From: Candidatus Hermodarchaeota archaeon
GTDB taxonomy: Archaea > Asgardarchaeota > Lokiarchaeia > Sigyniarchaeales > SOKP01
Assembly (NCBI GenBank): GCA_048885535.1
Contig: JBHLLO010000003.1
Coordinates: 1-39,929, forward strand
Length of the DNA: 39,929 nucleotides
Direction of reading: 5' to 3'
Part shown: positions 20,601 to 26,578 of the stretch, one piece after another
Layout of the letters: the number at the start of each line of letters is the position of its first letter
Numbering within the stretch: position 1 is the stretch's first letter
Position numbers and translations under genes: made by a program
The notes under the pieces: generated by a model
Databases searched by the model: none
Seen by the model: only the letters and a program-made list of their open reading frames with translations
Told to the model about the DNA's origin: nothing

Positions 20601-23088
20601 AACTGAGTTCACAAGCACTATTTTAACATTTTTTGGAATTTTATTTTTAGGATCACTATTAGATATTATTCTTATTAAGAAAGTCAGCAGCAGATTAATA
20701 TTTTTAATTAATGTGAGTTGTTACATTTTAATTTCAATTTACCTATTTATATTTCTAAATCGCTTTTTAGCTATTGATGTTCAATTTATTTTCTTAAATC
20801 TGATAGTATTATTGGTAATGCAATTTTATACCATAAAAATCATATTTTCTCTTCTAAAGCAATTAGATCGTTATGATAACGAAAAGTTAATTTCATCACG
20901 AAAAATTGTACAAACGATTCTATTGAATATAATTTTCTTTATCATTAGCTTATTTGGATCCTCTTACTTCACATCAATACTCCTAAATGTATCATCATTA
21001 CTTAGTGGATCCCCGGCTATTCTATTTTTCTTAATGATTTTTAGTTTTTTAATGTTTAACTTGAATCAAATAATTAATGTTAAATTTAAAGATAAAGTGT
21101 TAATTGTATATTATGTAATATTTATGGTAAGTTTTCTTTCTTTCTTTACCTCGTATATGATTAGGTTCAACCTTATTAATTTATTACACCTTAGTTTAAT
21201 AGCGCTTATCATTACTACTTTATTATCTTACTTCATTTACTTACTAAAAAAAATATATATTGAGAAATTAGGGACTGAGATTGTTGAGAAAATTTATTCA
21301 TTATTACAATTTTTTCTTTACCTAGAAATTTCGTTAATAATTTATAGCCAACTTTCCGTTTATTTGAATATATTCGAAGGCATTCTAATATCTCAATTAA
21401 TCCTATGTTTGATTACATTAATCGAAATATATTTTATTAAGAAATTAAAGATTAAATACGGTTTTATGCTTCACACTATTAGCTACTTCAATATAAGCTG
21501 GGCTCTATTTTTTGTAGTATTTCAGTTTACTCACAATTATTTTGGTTTAAATATTGTTCTCTTTACATTTATGCAGTTTTATACTAACCATTCATATTTT
21601 ATAACTAGATCTAAATTTAATCCAAACAAAAGACCAGATTTTGAGAATTGGAAATTAATAAGAAAAAAATTGGTTGGATCCTTTTTCTATTTTACGTTAT
21701 TATCATATATTGTCCAATATTTAATTCTACTTATCCCTGATATTCAGTTAGTCATTTTAATTTCGAGTATATTAATTCATGGATTAATGTATCTTGATAA
21801 ATATGTATTTAAATTTTTAGCTAATTTGTCGAAATATTTAATCTTGTTATCCATTGTCTTAATAGCAAGTGTGTCTATTTTGTATTCTCTGGGTTGGATT
21901 TTAACTATTTCAATACAAATCATTCCTTTAACAATACTCATAGTTTTACTTGAAATAACTTATTTTATAAGGTTATTACACCTTTGGAATATTTTAAAAA
22001 GCGAATTTTCCAAAAATCGAAATTCAATTATTCTCTTATTCTATTTGAATTTTGTAATTTGGCCTCTTTTTTATTTATCCTTGGAAACTATTATTATTCT
22101 GAATATATTGTTGATATGTATTATTATATTGATCATAATTTCTCTACTTGATATCCGGATAAAAGCAATTAAACAGAATTTAAGAATAAGGATCTTTAAA
22201 TTTGCGTATGCTATTTTTGGGATAATATTATCAATAGATATATTTACATTATTAGAGTATATAATTCAACCTAATTTTCCATTAAATTTTTCTGTAGCAG
22301 GTTTAATATTTATCATTGTAATTGGATTTTTAGTAAGACCTTTTAAAAAACATAGAGCTATTTCTTTTTTCTATTGGTTATTAGTATATCTATTTATTAG
22401 CCTAATTATATTTTATGCCTATTTGAATATTTGGAGTTTTACTATACTGATATTCGGAGTATTATTATATCCATTTATTTTCATGCTTGAGGAGTTGAGA
22501 GAATTATTTAATCATTTCTTAGATTATCTTCGTAAGTTGATATCAAAAATTAAGTATATAATAATAACTGGTTATAAAAAATTGATTACGTTTCTTAGAA
22601 CACACTTTAAGGTAATTCGAATTTTTATTTGTTTAATTATTGGAATAATGACAGGATTTATCTTTTCTGAGTTTGTTTTAGCTATTTTAGACCTCTATCA
22701 TTCAATACTATTAGCTCTAGCTACTTTTGGAATTACTTATGCTTTTACAGATTATTTATGGTACCATTTCTATATTAAAAACCTTGAGGATTTAAAACAA
22801 ATCTTTAGACACAAGTTAAAAATATTTATCATTATTTGGATAAGCTTCTCTTCTTTTATTTTTGCATTAATATTACCTTATGTTAATTCAGTGCTTTATC
22901 AACTATTTCTTATTCTAATACCACTTTGGGGATTAGGGTCAATCTTAATCTGGGTTGTAAATAGGAAAGAAGCAAAAGAAAAAATTTCGGTGAAAACCCG
23001 ATTTTCTATAACATTATCTACAATAGTTTTATTTATTATATGGATAGCTATTATCTTGATTTGGTTCTTCTTTGAAGTTCGTGTCTAA
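14614..23088 (+). CDS. Giant polytopic membrane protein (2824 aa), function unknown
   Basis: Uninterrupted 8.5-kb ORF; about 85-90 hydrophobic segments by manual count, separated by short loops that are often K/R-rich; internal repeats. Confidence 0.88.
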   Translation: MESKKSNGRIERATTFLTKLWWFFAFLIGIPITISTISFYVLNFIIRDIYISIGLSVIVYLFSIFFFYKSFDQYRNKPFFFNNINNLNARIHTFFIISSIALIVTPIFVFIAPEGYYFEFLPLISYCILYNIIYYYFFYKPIEDFDISKWRFKSGVSFKSSLKELHNLVVILNYIIHIFFLTYTYYTKLSWLFALVSNLVFYIYTILSTRYLRKKFKITTKNVESIPNYLIKFKKKFTLSIVSLCFVLLLQLPFDFYLVNVLSGAIYTYFDYIMISFVSMIFLFLYFKLRLYISIYYKKESSKLINNGLNDARKDSSEYLIKYQKWNMIISLLFSIFILLFSLGINLPIIIIIIFPGIMIATYYEQKANFCPKKYSRYIFLFTSIVILSSLIFLIIFSLELQIIIFLISIYLDLQIFAYYEYFDKNKLIFSQHLIAFTCFLVITYLFYPFISIVYLEFPIDLLLLNFINLLIYALLVSLALLGTFYYLYFRYFRKNKWARFSLILNIVIILVEILSYTLINLYTLFSTEFNIFIISILISTVFLPLIFDVFIGFNYILGISSKKKALKQLYYSSWILVLTIFSFVFYIFLNNYIFLIADLLYLSIFSQILIKFGEKIEQVSTKTYKKFVNFNSIFILVELYCLIFSIMLETLTFINIFGNVLLSSYISLISIAILINIFLRRMISKVAIKVINLVSLLFSTGLIFYYLYTYTLESYFILIIPSLFSCLFFYIFIFYLKLLRYEILPKVLFLINSIIVSISLSLIPSFLALERIKLGLTIDFFTVFNLTLYIIMGILFIISTFSQRLKIREGRKRFTLFMQILGLFVIAGTTVFYYSNLILGTTFFGIIPIPLIATSTFLFIPFILLYKFQFFKVKTSKILIFLNYLFLWGTIISIPIVFCIEFIRLGNYIEIYMMVTLIIIFLYGFLKSLTPISEVFKIKEYINYTIRVMQIGIWFSIATMVSLIIPLFFLFQQYYWLNLLIISCALILFFMLNIVNLFQLESFKQKVFENKRSKLDFYKIYKIFEYHKNIIYFGLVLSISLLFYSFFQAFNLIYIIFQSTDILLTSCFNLAIFLIITILLLHFTSKILSIEFVKTRDIAELLIWLCIKFNILLLFYLFPFQISVSNRTFLILLAFAIQSPITIYYINKHMMLLESTVSFMKKVVGLFFFISILGLFAEYIWNVNISISYFTENILIFIGFLFCLIYLFSNHYIIHFSEFIQKRNVFRIYRLYIISFMLLGLFLLMNMQFNLISLFAILVILFRKRNRNAIWHLLNYVVISFLSLIEINLFIIKYSFLSITYIHPGFYTWIYFISFISILFISIIFNFKKINVLEELLLDFLIPSLIFMTIFIFFPVPIFYNITISITILLFLISFFFYRKKDEIYIWFIRPCAILFLFNLISIGSYFAIFSIPLYREFNLILSSTLTFSVIGFCFALFYHNLEKKFKSKIISLILILSVISSFIFSYLFIEITFILNFIFPWLIAGNIAIILSYLSIGIYQWRISWAIWKSGYWLWIFVPILNYLLIAQSFAGIDIYTNALNFFGLNIYGSYLITLVICLLLSLPFWYTWIKDHFNIVLFILWGFSLFLIFWFSQNAFFGFDILIYLSFLGISIIFLMPIFYRLGFWKILSVLWLIFTSLLTIFITFILYGVGFFLNLIISLDLVLVGFLFIIFSFFPNLKAMKNIILIIAYSIVIIGLFSIILILMISITYNVPISINISFIIVAFSLFTSRILKLNRKLFNFLISMILTVNFSLLTFFSFLMIPNFEFFALFLAISVCGGSLLVFNRYRMFSPIKMIIPLSILSIGISLTISTLIYIFLPYSFFLISTAFVSIILLINYPFLKYFRHILWYSIPVPFCLFIMHFLSLLELFQSIFNLILIGLILYTSIFQIITNSIYGNIKSINLLAFVLNSTYISVFIAILSPLFIFYKILEFLIIWSILILLCIKYIEKKGQELFKSKTIVIIVKVSSCIALLLYFEISLLTTIIVNDFIITEFTSTILTFFGILFLGSLLDIILIKKVSSRLIFLINVSCYILISIYLFIFLNRFLAIDVQFIFLNLIVLLVMQFYTIKIIFSLLKQLDRYDNEKLISSRKIVQTILLNIIFFIISLFGSSYFTSILLNVSSLLSGSPAILFFLMIFSFLMFNLNQIINVKFKDKVLIVYYVIFMVSFLSFFTSYMIRFNLINLLHLSLIALIITTLLSYFIYLLKKIYIEKLGTEIVEKIYSLLQFFLYLEISLIIYSQLSVYLNIFEGILISQLILCLITLIEIYFIKKLKIKYGFMLHTISYFNISWALFFVVFQFTHNYFGLNIVLFTFMQFYTNHSYFITRSKFNPNKRPDFENWKLIRKKLVGSFFYFTLLSYIVQYLILLIPDIQLVILISSILIHGLMYLDKYVFKFLANLSKYLILLSIVLIASVSILYSLGWILTISIQIIPLTILIVLLEITYFIRLLHLWNILKSEFSKNRNSIILLFYLNFVIWPLFYLSLETIIILNILLICIIILIIISLLDIRIKAIKQNLRIRIFKFAYAIFGIILSIDIFTLLEYIIQPNFPLNFSVAGLIFIIVIGFLVRPFKKHRAISFFYWLLVYLFISLIIFYAYLNIWSFTILIFGVLLYPFIFMLEELRELFNHFLDYLRKLISKIKYIIITGYKKLITFLRTHFKVIRIFICLIIGIMTGFIFSEFVLAILDLYHSILLALATFGITYAFTDYLWYHFYIKNLEDLKQIFRHKLKIFIIIWISFSSFIFALILPYVNSVLYQLFLILIPLWGLGSILIWVVNRKEAKEKISVKTRFSITLSTIVLFIIWIAIILIWFFFEVRV

Positions 23089-23145
23089 AAACACGATTTG
23101 GATGTTATTCAAATGAATTCATTAAAAATTAGTCAAGCAATTGGA

Positions 23146-23304
23146 TTAAAGATTTTTTTCTTTCCACTTTTTTAAATAGCCTTTGAATTCTTCATCTTTC
23201 ATGCCAATTGCATTTATTTCATCTATACTGCTTGGAGAATTATGATTGGGAGCATTTTTCTTAAAATTTAATGTCCAATCATAATATGATACTGCTTTTG
23301 ACAT
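23146..23304 (-). CDS. Small hypothetical protein, 52 aa (not in ORF track)
   Basis: ATG 23304 to TAA 23146 gives MSKAVSYYDWTLNFKKNAPNHNSPSSIDEINAIGMKDEEFKGYLKKWKEKNL; it fills an otherwise empty gap. Confidence 0.55.
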   Translation of the reverse strand: MSKAVSYYDWTLNFKKNAPNHNSPSSIDEINAIGMKDEEFKGYLKKWKEKNL

Positions 23305-23454
23305 AATTTAACAAGTAACTTATTCGGAAATAAATTAGAAGAGAGTGTTAGATTTCTAAATATAAGAAGTTCAAAAACAAAAGTATAAAATCTAAAAAGA
23401 ATGTTTTATTGATTTTAAAATATATAATTTAAAAAAATTGGATAGCGAAATATT

Positions 23455-24000
23455 ATGGGAGAGCAACAAAATAACACGAAAATTAATGTGAGAGATTGGA
23501 TTATTCTTAGTACCACTATGATAGGGGCTGTTTTAACAATTCTAGCTTTAATATGGCAATTTAAACCTACTTATGGAATTATAACTGTGACTTTTCTTTT
23601 ATTACTTTCATTTATATTATTTGTGAATTCTGTTTCAGCGAATTCAAAAGCAAATTTTGAGATAAAGGCAAAGAAAATGCCAGAAAAACAAATCTTCAGA
23701 TTTGTTACTTTTGCTGAATATACTTTTGGTCTCGGTTTTACTCTTGTAATAACTGGATTTTCTATACTTGGGTATAAATATTTTTTAGATTTCGCAGGAC
23801 GGACTTTAATAGCATTAATTCTGCCAACTAGTTTTATAATCGTTACCTGGTTAATGATCCTTATCTATAATACTATTAACTATTCTGGAAGACCATTTAA
23901 AACTATTAGAAGTTTAAAGAGAAATTTATGGATAATATTGGAATTAATATGTCTTGTTTCTATAGGATTAGATTTCTTTGAATTTATATTAATTCCATAA
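23455..24000 (+). CDS. Hypothetical membrane protein (about 5 TM)
   Basis: Five hydrophobic stretches; followed by a poly-T tract. Confidence 0.75.
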   Translation: MGEQQNNTKINVRDWIILSTTMIGAVLTILALIWQFKPTYGIITVTFLLLLSFILFVNSVSANSKANFEIKAKKMPEKQIFRFVTFAEYTFGLGFTLVITGFSILGYKYFLDFAGRTLIALILPTSFIIVTWLMILIYNTINYSGRPFKTIRSLKRNLWIILELICLVSIGLDFFEFILIP

Positions 24001-24001
24001 A

Positions 24002-24012
24002 CTTTTTTTTTT
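24002..24012 (+). terminator. Archaeal-type oligo-T terminator
   Basis: T10 run (24003-24012) just after the stop at 24000, between convergent genes. Confidence 0.45.
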
Positions 24013-24022
24013 AAGCTTGTTA

Positions 24023-25024
24023 TTAACCAATAATAGAGTAAACCCGCTTGGGTCTCCCTACTTTATCACTTTTTATTAATTCCTCTTTTAGAAAGCCTTG
24101 TCCAATTAAAAATTCAAGAATTCCTCTTAATTTTGCGCCTGATAATTTAGATTTTATACTTAATTCTCGTGTATTGATGGTTTCTTGTTCTTTGATTATA
24201 TCTAATACTTTCTGGATTGGATCGGGATTGATTTCCACAGATTTGATACATGTTTTTGCTTCAAGCATTTTACGTACACTTATTGCCATATTTGGCATAT
24301 AGAACCCATTGAAATGAAAATAAGAATCTTCTATAAATAAAACTGAATTAAAATAATAGTCAATCAAAATTACTCCCTCATTTACAATTAAATCATTAAA
24401 TCTTACGAATCGACAAGTCTTTTCATTTGTTTCGATAATTTCTACTTTAATATCTTTCAGAACATCAGTTATAAGTCCAAAGTAGTTAGGTATTGTGTCA
24501 AAGTCTAGATTTGAATAAAATAATTTAATTTCTATTCCTTTAAGCCATGCTTTATTCAATGCTCGCTCTATTTTCTTTATAAAGGAAGGGGGAAGAGAAG
24601 ACAGCAAAATTTCTTCTTCCGCTGTATTAATTAATTCATATATGTATTCAAGTCCAATATTAACATCAGAATGATGATAAAAAGTAATATTTCTTGTACA
24701 TATCCCTTTATCACTTTCATTTGCCTGAATTGTTTCTTCAAGCTGATTAATATTTTTCAGAATTTTTTCATTTTTTTGCTTCAGTACCTCAGTTAAAGCT
24801 ATTTTTGGATTATTTCGGAAATACATTTTAGGTTTTCCATCTGAAGATGTGACTAAACTATGCTTCTCCAAATTCCTTAAATTTTCTCTTATTTGAGTAT
24901 AAGAATAATGTAAAGCTTTTTTGATTTGCTGGATTGTTCCAAATTGATTTTTAAGTAAATAATCGTAAATTTTGAGTTGTATATCAGATATCCCAAATTC
25001 CCGGAGAAAGTCTAAATTATACAT
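24023..25024 (-). CDS. TrmB-family transcriptional regulator with a second C-terminal wHTH
   Basis: LREFGISDIQLKIYDYLL...LRNLEKHSLV..SDGKPKMY...P (TrmB HTH); ELINTAEEEILLS effector domain; C-terminal wHTH ending VGRPKRVYS. Confidence 0.82.
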   Translation of the reverse strand: MYNLDFLREFGISDIQLKIYDYLLKNQFGTIQQIKKALHYSYTQIRENLRNLEKHSLVTSSDGKPKMYFRNNPKIALTEVLKQKNEKILKNINQLEETIQANESDKGICTRNITFYHHSDVNIGLEYIYELINTAEEEILLSSLPPSFIKKIERALNKAWLKGIEIKLFYSNLDFDTIPNYFGLITDVLKDIKVEIIETNEKTCRFVRFNDLIVNEGVILIDYYFNSVLFIEDSYFHFNGFYMPNMAISVRKMLEAKTCIKSVEINPDPIQKVLDIIKEQETINTRELSIKSKLSGAKLRGILEFLIGQGFLKEELIKSDKVGRPKRVYSIIG

Positions 25025-25058
25025 TTTAATTATTCTCGTTATATCTAGTGTTATAGTA

Positions 25059-25125
25059 ATTTGTGACAGCTTTTATCAACAATTCATATAATCATTATTT
25101 ATATTAGGTCACAAATAATATCACT
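25059..25125. promoter_or_regulatory. Candidate operator in the TrmB / Fe-S-GyrI divergent promoter
   Basis: Perfect 9-bp inverted repeat ATTTGTGAC (25059-67) / GTCACAAAT (25108-16), with adjacent TATCACT (25119-25). Confidence 0.5.
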
Positions 25126-25165
25126 TTATAATATATATAAAAAAAATAAATATATAAATTATGAG

Positions 25166-25306
25166 ATGAGCAAATTGGCTCAATGTAAAGATTGTAAATT
25201 TTATAAACCAATTGATGAAACGAAAGGGGATTGTTTCGGTCATGAGGTTCCAGCAACTTTAGATGTAAATAATTGTCCAGCGCAAAGCTTTCAACCAAGA
25301 GAATAA
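25166..25306 (+). CDS. 46-aa Cys4 miniprotein, HpdC/BssC-like putative [4Fe-4S] protein (not in ORF track)
   Basis: MSKLAQCKDCKFYKPIDETKGDCFGHEVPATLDVNNCPAQSFQPRE; CxxC-x12-C-x13-C; stops 12 nt before the GyrI-like gene. Confidence 0.75.
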   Translation: MSKLAQCKDCKFYKPIDETKGDCFGHEVPATLDVNNCPAQSFQPRE

Positions 25307-25318
25307 GGTTATATAATT

Positions 25319-25942
25319 ATGCCTGTGAAAAAGGATTTTAAAAAAGAAATGAAAGAATTCTATCAACCTAGTGCAAAAGAGCCTAATTTAATCGATGTAC
25401 CTGAAATGCAATTTATAATGATTGATGGGATGGGATCACCAGGTGATTCCCAAGAATATTCTGATGCGATTGGAGCTCTATATCCAATAGCATACAAGTT
25501 AAAATTCTTAAGTAAAGGGATGGGTAAAGATTATGTTGTTCCTCCACTTGAAGGTTTATGGTGGGCTGATGATATGAAAGATTTCACAAAAGGAAATAGA
25601 GCCAAATGGAAATGGACCATGATGATCATGACTCCAGATTGGAACAGCACTGAAATGTTTAATCAGGCTAAAAAATCAGCGTTAGAAAAAAAACTTGACC
25701 TTAAAGAAAGCATTACTAGAGTACGACTTGAAAAATACCATGAAGGTAAGTCAGCGCAAATTATGCACATTGGACCATATTCGGAAGAACATCCTACAAT
25801 TATGAAACTACACAAATATATCGAGGATCAGGGGGGTAGTTTTGATGGTCTTAAACATAAGCATCATGAAATATATATTAGTGATCCAAGAAAAACTAAT
25901 CCCGCTACAATGAAAACTGTAATAAGACAACCTTTTGAATAA
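25319..25942 (+). CDS. GyrI-like small-molecule-binding domain protein
   Basis: VPPLEGLWW, WKWTMMI, QIMHIGPYSEE, HHEIYISDPR, KTVIRQP. Confidence 0.9.
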   Translation: MPVKKDFKKEMKEFYQPSAKEPNLIDVPEMQFIMIDGMGSPGDSQEYSDAIGALYPIAYKLKFLSKGMGKDYVVPPLEGLWWADDMKDFTKGNRAKWKWTMMIMTPDWNSTEMFNQAKKSALEKKLDLKESITRVRLEKYHEGKSAQIMHIGPYSEEHPTIMKLHKYIEDQGGSFDGLKHKHHEIYISDPRKTNPATMKTVIRQPFE

Positions 25943-25957
25943 ATTTTATTTGAAAAT

Positions 25958-25979
25958 CTTTTTTTTTTGTTCTTTTTTC
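25958..25979 (+). terminator. Oligo-T terminator after the GyrI-like gene
   Basis: T10 run followed by further T-rich sequence, 15 nt after the stop. Confidence 0.45.
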
Positions 25980-26578
25980 TTATTATCTAAACAGGATTGT
26001 ATCGTAAGAACTTAGATGGGTTAACAAAATAAATTCATAAAGAGAATTTTAAAAGGTAAAAGGTTTCGAGAAGCTGCAACGACTATCAAAAAGTTTTCCG
26101 GACAACCAAAAGATTATCATTGCGTGGTAATGCTTCCGATCCTAGGTTTGGAAATCTCGATACATTATCGATTTATTAAGTTAGGTTGCGTTATGAAAAA
26201 AATCTTTATCCATAAATATAATCACTTATACCTATGAATGGTCTTATCGTTTGATAAGTTTACCAATTCGTTAGAATCGGCAAGATTGAACATCAAATAC
26301 AAACCGTAAAGCTTGTATTTTAAGTTCTGGTTATGCTTTTTACACATAACTACTTTTCATATTGCTATTAACTTTTTTTAGTACCAATGCATTGAGGTTA
26401 CATTACCTCTTCTCGATGTTCACACCACTTGATATGAACAAGTATTAGTGTGATAAATTGATATTTAAATAAACCTATTAAGGGGTTATTAGAAAATATT
26501 GCTAATATCGAAAAAGTATTTTTTTAGTCGGCTTAGAGTTTCATTTTCAATTTTACCTTTTTTTACTTAAATCCCCTT

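Noticed and set aside
14614-23088. Giant ORF as an artefact of T-rich DNA, or as a true Piezo homolog
   Set aside because: An 8.5-kb stop-free frame in AT-rich DNA with ordered TM/loop periodicity and protein-level repeats is not chance. I see no Piezo PFEW motif or extracellular cap domain, so homology is not claimed.
24048-25298. ORFs 24048-24302 (+) and 25104-25298 (-)
   Set aside because: They are antisense to the TrmB gene and to the better-supported 46-aa Cys protein respectively.
26040-26237. Open frame RILKGKRFREAATTIKKFSGQPK... in the long spacer
   Set aside because: No start codon or SD at its 5' end and no recognisable family; it cannot be called a gene or pseudogene.
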